Below, one piece after another: positions 13,783-28,683 of a DNA stretch of 64,000 nucleotides. Source of the stretch: Octopus vulgaris (lineage: Eukaryota); contig OX597833.1 in NCBI GenBank assembly GCA_951406725.2, forward strand, positions 15,934,001-15,998,000, read 5' to 3'. A program made the position numbers and the translations under genes. The notes below the pieces were generated by a model that worked only from the letters and a program-made list of their open reading frames with translations, did no database searches and was not told the origin of the DNA. Numbering within the stretch: the stretch's first letter is position 1; each line of letters begins with the position of its first letter.

Positions 13783-14639
13783 TGTATATATACGTGTTTG
13801 CATGTTTTAATGATATGTACACATTTGAATATGGCATGGTTGTATCGATGTACGAGCGTTTGTATACGTGTGTGAATGTGCCTGTGCTTGTGTGTGAGCG
13901 TGAGTGTGTTTGTGCCTCTGTGTATGTTTTTGTGTATATGCGCTTGTACGTTTGTGTGTGATTGCGTGTGTATTTATACGTAGTTGTATTTTAGACATGT
14001 AATACTTTACGAAAGAAACTTCGCTGAAAGCAATTCAAATGGTCGGCTGATGAGCTATTGAATTTAATTAAAGTAGATCTTCTTTGGTAGAAGATTAAAG
14101 CTGTTAGACACGTTATCTTCATTTTAATGACTCTGAAATGGAGATGCTACAATTTGATACAAGCAATTAGAGTAAGATTCAAAGAAGCAATTTCCATAAT
14201 GTACTTATTTCTATAAAGTTGCAAATATTTATCTATCAGGCAAAATTCAGTTGCATCAGGCAAAATAGGAAACATATACAGTATAGAGAGACATACATAT
14301 ATTGCTAAAATCAAATGAATAGTGTTGAATTATATAGGTAGGAATGAGTTAGCAAACGAAAATGGCACGTTTATGAAATATAACTTTATCTAACAGACAG
14401 AACAGGATGCTTCATTCTGAATACTTCAAGATTTAAGCTTACGCATCACATACCTAATTCTAAGGAAAATTCTCTAATTTGGTTAATAAGTTGTTTTTTT
14501 TATAAATGAGATTTAGGTAGAATTAGTAAAACAAAAATACTTCACCGTATAATGTCTAAAGTAAAGAAAAGATATATCAAACTGATTCTGCGAGATTATG
14601 CAGATGAGGTGTTACAAATCGTTGTGTAACCCAAGTTTG

Positions 14640-15050
14640 GAAAGGCGGCAGTTTTGTTCCAGTATATTTATTCTATTCAGACAGCTTCAAACTTCGTCTA
14701 TATAGTTCCATTTACGCCAGGGAAAGCTTGGAAGACCACATAAAGGATAAATAGAAAAGTAAATGCGTTTCATGAAGTATACTTCTGAAAGATCCTGAAA
14801 TCGATTGGTGGGTCTGCATCAGTAATGAAGATATTCTGAGAAGATTGAGTTCCCAACCATTGCAAGATGTTGATCTCGGCGCTGATTGGCTATATTCTCC
14901 GTCTAGCCTATCAACGGCACACAACAACTGCCATGATTTGGGCATCACGTAAAATGAGCAAGCCAATGATGGACTGGCAGCGAACATTTCAAGATGACGC
15001 GAAGACATGACATGAAAACCTTGCACGAAAATCTTCTATGTCATGGTTGG
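14640..15050 (+). mobile_element. Highly degenerate RTE-like LINE 3' fragment
   Basis: Broken frames give YA.ESWKTT...NAFH...L.KILKI.W...ISNEDILRR...LIGYILRL. Confidence 0.6.
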
Positions 15051-15929
15051 ATCATCAGATGGGGTACAGAATACGGATTTTGTTGGTTTATTTCTTCTGT
15101 TTAGGTTAAAAGACAATTTTCACAAGAGGATTACAGCAGAAAGATACTATCACGAATTTTATTTTTTCACCTCTACAAATTTTCAGCAAGAATCTGCGTT
15201 AATCTTTTAGCAATCATTTTCTATACTGTACTTGGAAAACTGCAAAATCGTAAATATTCTTGTTGTTATATTAGAATCTAGCATTCTATCCACCATTCCC
15301 CCTCAATCTATAATTGCGATTGGAACTGCTTAGAATCATTTTTATTAGAATTGCTAAGCTTTCTGCTAATGAGATAATCTTTCAGGAACATGCCTGATGT
15401 TATAACAAATCATTAAAAGAGTGAATAGGAAGAAAATACACAGGATACCAGAAACAAAATAGAAATATTCAGTGACTTGATGTATTTTTCGTTATGATAC
15501 TAACGAGCGAAACATATGTAGGAACATCATTAGAGACACAGTGAAAAGACAAATATTAATACATAAGATAATAGTACACTAGATATAACAAAGAAATAGA
15601 CAGCTAATTTTCTACGCTTTTATGACTGGACAAGCAAAGATTAAAGAGTAAAGACCCCCTTTCGGTCACGAGTGACCATGGAGTTGCACCTAGAAAGTTC
15701 CCCTTCGAGGAACAAGTCCGAGCAAGGTTGCTTAGGGAAGACCAGCCGTCACTTATGCTTACCACCCAAGGATGTTATCCAAGGGAAAGGCAAATGCCGA
15801 TACAACTTGGCACCAGTAAGGTCGCAAAGTATTTCTAAAGCTGAATCAGCTGGAACAACGTGAAATAAAGTGTAATATATTTTATAGTCTATTTCTTTTA
15901 ACTTGTGTGTTAATATAGCTACATCTCCT

Positions 15930-16890
15930 GAGACGGCGAGCTGGCAGAAACGTTAGCACGCCGGGCGAAATGCGTAGCCGTATTTCGTCAGCCGTTACGT
16001 TCTGAGTTCAAATTCCGCTGAGGTCGACTTTGCTATTCATCCTTTCGTGGTCGATAAATTAAGTACCAGTTACACACTGGGGTCGATGTAATCGACTTAA
16101 TCCGTTTGTATGTCCTTTGTCTACTCTGTGTGTAGGCCCTTGTGGGTAGTAAAGAAATAGGTATTTCGTCTGTCTTTATGTTCTGAGTTCAAATTCCGCC
16201 GAGGTCGACTTTGCCTTTCATCATTTAAGGATCGATAAATTAAGTACCAGTTACGCGCTGGGGTCGATGTAATCGACTTAATCCGTTTGTCTGTCCTTGT
16301 TTGTCCCCTCTGTGTTTAGCCCCTTGTGGGTAGTAAAGAAATAGATATTTCGTCTGTCTTTACGTTCTGAGATCAAATTCATTCTTTCGGGTTCGATTAA
16401 ATAAGTACCAGTTACGCTTTGGGGTCGATATAATCGACTTAATCCGTTTGTCTGTCCTTGTTTGTCCTCTCTGTGTTTAGCCTCTTGCGGGTAGTAAAGA
16501 AATAGAAATAGATATTTCGTCTGCTGCTACGTTCTGAGTTCAAATTCCACCGGGGTCGACTTTGCCTTTCATCCTTTCGGGGGGGGGCGGTATAAATTAA
16601 GTACCAGTCGCGTACTGGTGTAGATCTAATCGACTGGCCTCTTCCCCCAAAATTTCGGGCCTTTTGTCTAGAGTAGAAAATAATATAGCAACATGTACTG
16701 AGACGGCGAGCTGAGAGAAATGTTACAACGCCGGGCGAAAGCTTCGCAGTATTTTGTCTACGTTCACGTTCTGAGTTCAAATTCCGCCTCGGTCAACATT
16801 GCCTTTCGTCTTTGTAGGACCGATGAAAGAAGTACCAGTTACTCACTGGCATCGAAGTAATTGACTCACCCTTTCCCCATAATTTCCGCT
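15930..16890 (+). mobile_element. Family A SINE multimer inserted directly in front of an older family A copy
   Basis: TAATATAGC.ACAT.T.CTGAGACGGCGAGCTG occurs at ~15911 and ~16681. Confidence 0.85.
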
Positions 16891-16955
16891 ATATTTCTTC
16901 CTACTATAGTAGCATGGTCTCCTCCTACTACTACTACTATAGGAGAAAGGAATAA

Positions 16956-17368
16956 GGATCTTTTCGGTTTGAACGGCAGTTTTTAACATAATTTCTAGGT
17001 AACTAAAAATTTTTAAACTTCGTATACTGGTAGAATGTGTTTATAAAACATCTTTTTCTCTTGGCTTTATTGAGAAAATTCTATAGTTTGTAAGATATTT
17101 GTTGTTGTTTTTTTCTTCAATTTCTGCAATTTCAACCAATCAGTGACGTGTATTGACTTAAAAAGCATTCTGTGCCGTATGAATATGTCCCTCCTTTAAG
17201 AAACAGATTGGGTTTATTTACATTTGTGAAGAAAGAAAAGGATACCCTTCCCCCACCCCAACCCTAAAAGAGATTGAAATGCAATAGATCGATAGTAGGG
17301 TCATAATTATGGGTGACAATTTCATATGACACCGCTAGAAAACACTGCCGTTCAAACCGAAAAGATCC
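16956..17368. mobile_element. MITE (non-autonomous DNA transposon), GG..CC termini, 8-bp TSD (Merlin- or hAT-like)
   Basis: 25-bp TIR GGATCTTTTCGGTTTGAACGGCAGT at both ends, flanked by AGGAATAA (16948-16955) and AGGAATAT (17369-17376). Confidence 0.85.
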
Positions 17369-18126
17369 AGGAATATAGTTGCATGTATTAATTATAAATT
17401 TCCTGTGAAGAATAATATTTATAGCGTGAATACAAACACTAAAATTGCATCTAATCTCGAAACTAAAATGGACGTGCAAGCTACATTTCAAGTAAAACAA
17501 AACAGACAGCTAGATGTAGGAAGTATGAACCTAGGGTTTTAGGTTATATCAGATTCCAATAAAATAGCTACACCCTACCTAATAATATTCGTTCGGAATC
17601 TAGTTTGCAGCAAACATTTCTCCAAGATTCCCTATGGCTACTAATACCGTATCTAATAAAGTTTTGTTTTCTAATAACCCACGTGGTAAAATATTCTACA
17701 GTTGTATGTGTAGACATGTTGAGATCTGACTTCTAGATAAAAATTTCTTAGAGAAATCTCAAATATATCTATGGTTAAGTTATATCCACAACATATCTTT
17801 TCTTTTCTTTTTCTGTTTTTGTTATATAAAAAGAATATTGCATGCATTTTTTTTTTAATTCAAGACACACACTCTACATCATTAATTGTTCACTTCTGGA
17901 AGTTAAAATATAAGAGTACAAATCATAAGCGAGAATGGAGAACAATTCTTCAAAACTTTATCAAGTTTTACGGTGCGGTTTTTCCAGCAGTTTTCAGGGA
18001 AGGGATAAATCTATTACATAGACCCAGTGCCCGACTGGTACTTTCTTTTATCGAACACGTAAAGAGGAAAGGCAAAGTCGACGGATAAAGTAGAGTTAAG
18101 CTCTTCGTACAGCGTGCTAACGATTC

Positions 18127-18872
18127 TTTTCTACTCTAGGCACAAGGTCCAAAATTTTGTGGGGAGGAGGCCAGTCGATTAGATCGACCCCAGTACGCAA
18201 CTGGTACTTAATTTATCGACCCCGAAAGGATGAAAGGCAAAGTCGACCTCCGCGGAATTTGAACTCAGAACATAAAGATAGACGAAATACGGCTACGCAT
18301 TTCGCCCGGTGTGCTAACGGACAGACAAACGGATTAAGTCGATTATAACGACCCCAGTGCGTAACTGATACTTATTTAATCGACCCCGAAAGGATGAAAG
18401 GCAAAGTCGACCTCGGCGGAATTTGAATTAAGAACGTATCGGCAGACGAAATACCTATTTCTTTACTGCCCACAAGGGGCTAAACACAGAGAGGACGAAC
18501 AAGGACAGATAAACGGATTACGTCGATTATATGGACCCCAGTGCATAACTGGTACTTATTTAATCGACCCCCAAAGGATGAAAGGCAAAGTCGACATCGG
18601 CGGAATTTGAACTCAGAACGTAACGGCAGACGAAATACCTATTTCTTTACTACCCACAAGGGGCTAAACACAGAGAGGACAAACAAAGACAGACAAACGG
18701 ATTAAGTCGATTATATCGACCCCAGTGCGTAACTGGTGCTTATTTAATCGACCCTGAAAGGATGGAAGGCAAAGTCGACCTCGGCGGAATTTGAACTCAG
18801 AACGTAAAGCCTGACGAAACACCGGTAAGCATTTTGACCGGTGTGCTAACGTTTCCGCCAGCTCGCCGCCTT
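18127..18872 (-). mobile_element. Family A SINE multimer
   Basis: Repeated 184-bp units ending in GCCAGCTCGCCGCCTT. Confidence 0.9.
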
Positions 18873-19006
18873 AGGTGTAAACGTAATATCATTAACATAC
18901 TTTAGGCATTTAAATATTACATGATTAGCATCAAAAATGATGCTGTATTCATCTTGCATTTTGACACTGTGCTAACGATTCTAACAGCTCGCCCCATAAT
19001 TTGGGA

Positions 19007-19388
19007 TGGAAGCACTCCGTCGGTTACGACGACGAGGGTTCCGGTTGATCCGAATCAACGGAACAGCCTGCTTGTGAAATTAACGTGTAAGTTGCTGAGC
19101 ACTCCACAGACACGTGTACCCTTAACGTAGTTCTCGGGGATATTTAGCGTAACACAGAGAGTGACAAGGCCGGCCCTTTGAAATACAGGTACAAGAGAAA
19201 CAGGAAGTAAGAGTGAGAGAAAGTTGTGGTGAAAGAGTACAGCAGGGATCACCACCATCCCCTGCCGGAGCCTCGTGGAGCTTTAGGTGTTCGCTCAATA
19301 AACACTCACAACGCCCGGTCTGGGAATCGAAACCGCAATCCTATGACCGCGAGTCCGCTGCCCTAACCACTGGGCCATTGCGCCTCCA
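19007..19388 (-). mobile_element. Family B SINE
   Basis: Full-length reverse copy with TSD GCCCCATAATTT. Confidence 0.9.
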
Positions 19389-19754
19389 GCCCCATAATTT
19401 ATACACATAATGGTCTTCAAAATTATTTATATAAATCCAATAAGCTAAATCAGGGGGTATTTGTCTCCCCTTCGTAAATATATAAGGACACAGGAAATGT
19501 GTCAAGGCCGACAGGAAGCGTCGATGCTTCCTAGGGCTAAACAGCGGCGGTGTAATTCCCTTACAGGACTGTCACGTTAAGTTGACAGTATACAACCACT
19601 CCAATAAGCTAACTTTTTAATAACAATTCAGAGGGTACTAAGCATTGAAACCTGGCTTCCATCTCACGTGTGGCACAAATATGAGCAACACATATTTACA
19701 TAAATTTAAAGAGGTTCAATTGGGAAATGTTTAAAATAAGCACACATATATACA

Positions 19755-19818
<64 letters not shown>

Positions 19819-20724
19819 TATATATATATATAAAGATAGATATATATATGTGTGTGTGTGTGTGTGGATGTGTGTGTGAATGTGCATTTGGGTAGCTGTA
19901 CAAATATGTATGCATGCACACACATATATACACACAGGCCTATATGTATTTATATATATATATATAGTAGAAATATGTTACGAAAAGAAAATATAAAATA
20001 CACTCGGAAATGTAAGGGTAAAATATGAAAAATCAACGAAAATGCATGTTGCAAATAGAAAAAGGCTATTTATGACAGGTAACGACAGATATATACATTT
20101 AGATTGACTGAGGTAGTAATATGAGTCATAAAAGTCATTATTATGAGATGATTATAAGATGATAATGTTTTGTTCTCTTACTTTATTATAATCTTATAAT
20201 CATCTCATAATAATGACATTTATGACTCGTATTATATATATATTAATGATATATGTGCGTGCGTGTGGGTGTGCTTGTGTGTGGAGGGGTCGGTAGCTGG
20301 GTGTATATTCCCATACTTGTACTTTTATTAATTTACTTATCAGAAGTTTTGGAGTTGAATAAAACTTTCACTCTTTTAAACATCCACTTTCACTGACATT
20401 AATACGAAGTACATTTATTTCTTCTCATTTCGAACAATTTTCTGAAATTTGTATGTATTTGTACATAGCACCATGTAGTTGCATGTTTTTTCGTAATCAT
20501 ATAATGAAGGAGAACTATACATGAAGAAAAACTATACATGTTGATGGATGTGACAATTTCTACTGTTCTAAAATACTTTCAAATGCAAAGCCCAAAATCT
20601 CTTTCACTATATCTCTCATACCCACTCTTTTATACTCTCTCCATCTCTCTCTTTCTCTCTCTTTCTAACCGTATGCATATGTGCAGATGGATAGATGATA
20701 GATAGACAGATAGATGCATATGGA

Positions 20725-20782
<58 letters not shown>

Positions 20783-21145
20783 CATTTCTTGAGTACAAAT
20801 ATACATATGTATTTATGAAAAGTGAGCAGAAAAACAAAAAAGTCTCCAGGTAGGCGGTGGCATGCATAAAAATAACAGATAAATACAAATATTTTCGGTC
20901 CAGTACAGAATAAATTCTTAATGTCTTAAAAATATCTCCACTATGGGATGATGCACTGGAGTTATTATATGGCAATAATCTTAAAGAATTACAATTCTCT
21001 GAAGTTCAGTGGTATTTTACATACATACATCCAAATATATATATATATATATATATACATGTGTTCATACATTAGTACATCAATATTCAGACATGCGAAA
21101 ATAACTCGATATATAGTTTTGCATGTATGTATTGTATATATATAT

Positions 21146-22942
21146 AATCAAAATAACCAATAAGGTTATCCAGAGGTAATGCAGTATGATCGTTTCATGC
21201 AACTCCATTTTATTGAAGAATGCAATCATTACACCTGTTTAAATGCAGAGCAATCCTCAGCTGCACAAAGACATAGAATTTAATTAAATTAAAGAAAAAG
21301 AAAACAAGACAATATTTTTTAAAATTTCGTTTTTGGATTTGGTTTGCAAGATTCTTTACATGAGTTCGTGTGTTGAAGCATATTCTGTTGTTTTCTCGGG
21401 AAAGTCATTTTCTTTTTGTGCCTTATTATTTGATACACTCACCGAAGGCACAAAAAGAAAATGACTCTCTCCAGACACAACAGAATTTTTAAAAATTATC
21501 TTTAGAAATTACTTGATTTATCCCTTTCTTAAATGTGTCACCTTCCTGATCTTAGTATTTATAAGGGCCCTTATATAAATAACCCTTCTAAACAAGTGCC
21601 ACTAAGAAACTATAAATATCATGTAGAGAGTAACAATAATAACTTCTTAAATCTATAATATATCTCTTAGTTTTAAAGCATTAGTGTAAAATGTGAATGT
21701 CCCATAACTTAAATATTCCTTTAGCTCATACCAGGTATCAGTCTTTTATTGATATTAGCTAAATAAGTAAATATATAATTTTTAGTCTAATATGTTTTGT
21801 ACTATTAAACATTTTCTATAAATCTTCTCTATAGGTGTTAATAAGCTACATATACTTTATCATAGTTTTAGTGATTAAGCTATTTTATTCCTTTTCTATG
21901 GTATTCTGCCCTACTTGATTATTTTATTTATTATTTTATAATTAGCCTTTATTTATTTATAAAATTAATCTAATCTGTGTACCTCTATAAATTCATACGT
22001 AGCGTACATACAACTATACTGTATATTCACTAATAAAAAAACTGCTTAGGTTATAATTTTATCAATACATAATTAGCATGTTCTTTTACCTCAATACGCC
22101 TTTATTAATACCAGTTTATACCAATTAATCAATATTCATAGACACCATCTGATGAGTTAGTATTTAAGTGTACAATATGTATAAATATTAAACTATTTCT
22201 GGATAATTTCTTTTCCTCCCTCTATTGTGATAAAAGTTTGGTATATACTCAAAAGTATTCAAAATTTCGAGCCTTTTGTTATAATATTCTTCTTAATAAT
22301 CCTCTGAATTACCCTAAACTTTAACTGTATACAATATAGCAACATTGTTTAAAATATTTTAGCTATAGTACTACATGATAAGACTTCCCCTGTTTCATTA
22401 TCAATGGACTGCTAGTGGGCGACAGCCTTAATTATCAGCTAACATCTTGTTTTAAGTTTAAATTTACCAGACTTCAGGATATTGCTTCTAATAAATCTTG
22501 ATTTTTATGGCTACACCAAATATGATTTCTGTCTACTCCCTCAGCCCTACCCCTAACATATACTACCCCTTTGTTCTCTCAGCCTTAGATGTACAAGGTT
22601 TTGATAAACTAGTTTATAAATGGAAACCGACACCCAAAAAAACATAAAATCAGTGACAGGCAGAGTCTGTAACAATGTACATATTCTTTATACCTCAGTA
22701 GCTTCTATACTGAAGTGAACACAGGATGTTCTTTGCTTATCTCCTTAACGTCTTGGAGATTTTAGATAAAATTATACTGATGTGTCCATCTGTTTTAATT
22801 TAATTAAATTCTATGTCTTTGTGCAGCTGAGGATTGCTCTGCATTTTAAATTGATGTAATGATTGAATTGTTCAATTAAATGAAGTTGCATGAAACGATC
22901 GTACTGCATTACCTCTGGATATCCTTGTTGCTTATTTTGATT
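21146..22942. mobile_element. Degenerate PLE-like element bounded by ~150-bp inverted repeats, each containing a hammerhead motif
   Basis: 21146-21293 is the reverse complement of 22794-22942, with some divergence. The minus-strand hammerhead copy at 21179-21266 has a stem III mismatch. The interior has frameshifted RT-like remnants (VTFL-DL-SIYKG near 21537-21570 on +; RRII-TKGSKF near 22262-22295 on -). Confidence 0.6.
22821..22909 (+). ncRNA. Type I hammerhead ribozyme motif with palindromic stem III
   Basis: GTGCAG-CTGAGGA-(T)TGC...GCA(T)-GAAA-CGATCG-TA-CTGCAT. Stem I is TGCAG/CTGCA, stem III is the palindrome ACGATCGT, and the cleavage triplet is GUA. Stem II is long and imperfect. Confidence 0.65.
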
Positions 22943-23033
22943 TTAATCACCTTACTAGATTCTGGTGCCTCAACTTAAGTACCATATTCTTCTGAATCTC
23001 TCTCTTTATCTCTCTTTCTCTCTCTCCCTCTCT

Positions 23034-23136
<103 letters not shown>

Positions 23137-23299
23137 GGGCAGGCTGGCCTGCTAGGTAGCCGGCCAGAATGCTAGAAATAGATCATAAACGATCAAACTA
23201 CAAGGGAAATTCTCTAGAGGAAGAATTCAGCGAACACCAGAACCAAATTTGGCGGGCAGGACATATGAAAAATTAAATAAAACAGACTTAAATGCATAC

Positions 23300-23930
23300 C
23301 TCGGTTTCGGTCTTAACAAAAGAATTACTTGCATAATTCAAGTGTCCGTGACTTCTTCAGTACATTCGGTCCTCGAGATGCAAACCGCAAGACTAACCCC
23401 AGCTCTCTGTGTCAAGACAGACACGTGCTTAGTCTTACTGATTACATCGGGAATAAAATTTCAAATGTCTTGGTTCCGGCGCGCTAAGAGACTCCTGAAG
23501 CGAAGGGCTGCAGTGAATAATTCACGGTGGAGGCGACGGCGGCGGTGGAGGCGATGGCAGCGGTGGAGGCGATGGCGGCGGTGGAGGCGACGGCGGCGGC
23601 GGCGGCGGCGGGCGAGGTGGGACGGTGTTGGTGGGGGTGTTGTTGCTTGCTGTTCTTTGTTTTGTTCTCTTTGATTACCGGTAGCGCTGGTGTAGCTATT
23701 TTAGTCTTTATTGTCGAGAGGTGTGGGAATTTCCGATTGTTGTCGAAGGGACACTCGGTAGCAGCAGTCTACACCCACTATTCAAAACTCACCTCCTCTT
23801 ATCCTTTCAAATGGAGCGAAATTAAGAAGAAGCAAACATATTTAGAATTTTATACTTGATTATCTTCGCAATGCGAATAACAGAAAAATAACATTTATAG
23901 CAGAGCACTAGCGAACGCGTTTGTTGTACA
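23300..23930 (-). promoter_or_regulatory. Candidate promoter and 5' exon region of a minus-strand gene
   Basis: CpG-rich unique sequence. The minus strand has TATAAAT (~23893-23899) and consensus donors GAG|GTGAGT (~23792) and GAG|GTATGC (~23300). Confidence 0.3.
23525..23610. repeat. GC-rich 18-bp tandem x4 plus (CGG)n
   Basis: CGGTGGAGGCGA(C/T)GGC(G/A)G at 23525, 23543, 23561 and 23579. Confidence 0.9.
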
Positions 23931-23984
23931 AGAGGGACAACAACAAAAAGGCTACCACCACCATCACCAACAACAAGTTCAATA

Positions 23985-24020
<36 letters not shown>

Positions 24021-24023
24021 ATG

Positions 24024-24095
<72 letters not shown>

Positions 24096-24164
24096 GTGAT
24101 GATAATGATAATAAGAATAATGATGATGATGATGATAATAATGATAATGACGATGATGATGATG

Positions 24165-24252
<88 letters not shown>

Positions 24253-24272
24253 TAATAATAATAATAATAATA

Positions 24273-25528
<1,256 letters not shown>

Positions 25529-25602
25529 TGATGATGATGATGATGATGATGATAACAATAATAATGCTGCTGCTGCTGCTGATGCTGATGATGATGATGA
25601 TG

Positions 25603-26238
25603 ATATTGTTGGTACTTGTGAAAGTCATACGCAGAAAGAGTACAAGCGTAGATACGACAAGCAAGCCCAAAACCTCCACTGGCTACTATACCGTAAGTAT
25701 GGATATGAGGGTACGGAAAATACACTGCGAAAGGTAATGGACGAAAAGAGGAAGGCAAAAATCCTCTGGGTCTTTGATTTCCAGACAGACAAGGTGTTAG
25801 AGCGTCGAAAGTCGGATATAGTAACCTTTAGAACGGCAAACAAGCGTGTCTAATAACTGACGTGGCAGTGCCAGGAGATCAACATATCATCATGAAAGAA
25901 AGAGAAAATGTTGACTAATATGGAGAAGTGAGAATTGAGATCGCTAAGATGTAGAAGCTGCGGGAGTCAAACATAGAGGTTATCCCTATTGTCATCGGAG
26001 CATTGGCTTCAATACCACCTTATCTGAGAAAAAAAAAAACATCTGAAAACCTTACAGATACCCTACAATCTAGATGTATTGCAAAAGTCGGCGTTACTTG
26101 GAACTGCACGCATATTCCGTAAAGTACTGTGTGTCTGAGGTCCTTGTTGTGTGACTTGACAAACAGTACAAACCCCCCTGGTAGACACAATATATTCAAT
26201 GAACAACCTCACAATACTGTATAATGTGCGACGTCTAT
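25603..26238 (+). mobile_element. Second, diverged R4/Dong-clade family 3' end (degenerate)
   Basis: Frameshifted QKEYKRRYD..LHWLL..KYG...KILWVFDFQTDKVL.RR.SDIV...LITDVAVPGD...EVIPIVIGAL...LQKSALLGTARIFRKVL, ending in (TAA)n. Confidence 0.8.
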
Positions 26239-26276
26239 AATAATAATAATAATAATAATAATAATTAATAATGATT

Positions 26277-26313
<37 letters not shown>

Positions 26314-26397
26314 TAATAATTAATAATAATAGTAATAATAATAATTTCAACTAGCAAGAACCACGCCTCGGATAACCCTCATTGACTATGGTACCAT

Positions 26398-26465
<68 letters not shown>

Positions 26466-27220
26466 TGATGATGATGATGACAATGATAATTATCCTTTCT
26501 ACTATACGCACAAAGCCTGACATTTTTGAGGAGCGATTATCCCACACGGCCATGATAGATGGTTTCAAATTTTGGCACAATGCCAGCAATTTTAGGAAGT
26601 GGGTCTTAGTCGATTACATCGACTCTTTTACAAAATTAGTATTATATTCTACCGTGCCCTAAGGTATGAAATGCAAAGTTGACATCGGTGGAATTTGAAC
26701 TCAGCACGCAAAAAGCCGAAAAGAATGCTTGCACTGCAATTCTTCCTATGCTCTCACGGTTCTGCCAAGGTCGTTGACTCCAGAAAAAAAGAGGGGGAGA
26801 ACAACAACAGCATCATCGACAAAAGATGCTAAAGATACATTTTAAAAAAACAAAACCTGCTTTGTCAAAGTAAGATTAATATTTAATCACTGGTAATGAA
26901 TATAGATTAAAATATTTAAAAGAATTATGGATGCCGGAATAACACTATAAGAAGCTTAAAAAGACTTCGACACGGATTATATTTTGCAGTAAGAAAGTAA
27001 ATTATCTGTTGCTAAACATACAATTAAAGGCATCGGTGACGCTGTTGAATTGTGGAGCTGAAGCTGTCAGTAAAATAATTGGTGGTGAAGAAAAATAAGA
27101 TCGAGAATTGCTTGAGAGATATAGGAATTAGCTGAAAAGTGCATTGTCCTAATTAACGTCAGTTTAGAGTGCAAGTCTTTCGAAACAGCATTGCCCCGTT
27201 GATATGTCATGTTTTACTTA

Positions 27221-28357
27221 AAGGCGGCGAGCTGGCAGAAGCGTTAGCACGCCGAGCGAAATGCGTAGCCGTATTTCGTCTGCCTCTACGCACTGAGTTC
27301 AAATTCCGCCGAGGTCGACTTTGCCTTTCATCCTTTCGGGGTCGATAAATAAAGTACCAGTTACGCACTGGGGTCGATATAATCGAATCGATCCCTCTGT
27401 CTGTCCTTGTTTGTACCCTCTGTGTTTAGCCCCTTGTGGGTTGAAAAGAAATAGGTATTTCGTCCGCCGCTGCGTTCTGAGTTCAAATTCCACCGAGGTC
27501 GACTTTGCCTTTCATTCTTTCGGGGTCGATTAAATAAGTGCCAGTTACGCACTGGGGTCGATATAATTGACTCAATCCCTTTGTCTGTCCTTGTTTGTCC
27601 CCTCTATGTTTAGCCCCTTGTGGGTAGTAAAGAAATAGGTATTTCTTCCGCCGCTGCGTTCTGAGTTCAAATTCCACCGAGGTCGACTTTGCCTTTCATC
27701 CTTTCGGGGTCGATAAATAAAGTACCAGTTACGCACTGGGGTCGATATAATCGAATCGATCCCTCTGTCTGTCCTTGTTTGTACCCTCTGTGTTTAGCCC
27801 CTTGTGGGTTGAAAAGAAATAGGTATTTCGTCCGCCGCTGCGTTCTGAGTTCAAATTCCACCGAGGTCGACTTTGCCTTTCATTCTTTCGGGGTCGATTA
27901 AATAAGTGCCAGTTACGCACTGGGGTCGATATAATTGACTCAATCCCTTTGTCTGTCCTTGTTTGTCCCCTCTATGTTTAGCCCCTTGTGGGTAGTAAAG
28001 AAATAGGTATTTCTTCCGCCGCTGCGTTCTGAGTTCAAATTCCACCGAGGTCGACTTTGCCTTTCATCCTTTCGGGGTCGATAAATAAAGTACCAGTTAC
28101 GCACTGGGGTCGATATAATCGACTCCATCCCTTTGTCTGTCCTTGTTTGTCCCCTCTATGTTTAGCCCCTTGTGGGTAGTAAAGAAATAGGTATTTCTTC
28201 CGCCGCTGCGTTCTGAGTTCAAATTCCACCGAGGTCGACTTTGCCTTTCATCCTTTCGGGGTCGATAAATAAAGTACCAGTTACGCACTGGAGTCGATAT
28301 AATCGACTCAATCCCTTTGTCTGTCCTTGTTTGTCCCCTCTATGTTTAGCCCCTTGT
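27221..28357 (+). mobile_element. Family A tRNA-derived SINE, ~6 tandem 184-bp units
   Basis: Head AAGGCGGCGAGCTGGCAGAA (A box-like), then repeated units with B box GTTCAAATTCC and GACTTTGCCTTTCATCCTTTCGGGGTCGAT. ORF-track translations repeat identically at a 368-bp offset. Confidence 0.92.
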
Positions 28358-28683
28358 TTCACATATACGACAGCGGCCATACTGGGGCACCACTTGAATT
28401 GAGTCCAGTGCTTCTTTTATATTTTAATCGTGTCCAGATAGATGAAATATGAAGCTGCTCTGGTAGGATTTGAACTCAGAATATAAGACAACAAAGCTAA
28501 ATAACACACGGTATTTTCCAACTCGGCCTACCTATGACGTTTTCCAAATGCTTTGATGAGAAAACATAAAAAAATTATTAAAAAATTGTTATCTTTGATG
28601 GATTGAGTATGTAGTCAACAGAATTCGAACATGTAGTTATTGACTCATATATAAACAGACCTTGTTGTACAGAAAGAAGGGGG

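Noticed and set aside
14047-14080. CTGATGA motif
   Set aside because: No compatible stems or GAAA in the correct order.
22149-22210. CTGATGA as a further hammerhead
   Set aside because: No recognisable GAAA or stem III follows, so at most it is a decayed remnant.
23249-23859. Plus-strand Arg-rich and Ala-rich ORFs
   Set aside because: They have non-ATG starts and owe their length to the GC-rich tandem repeat. No recognisable domain is present.
27221-28357. CRISPR-like regular array
   Set aside because: The units are wholly repeated 184-bp SINE bodies with no unique spacers, and there are no cas genes in this eukaryotic context.
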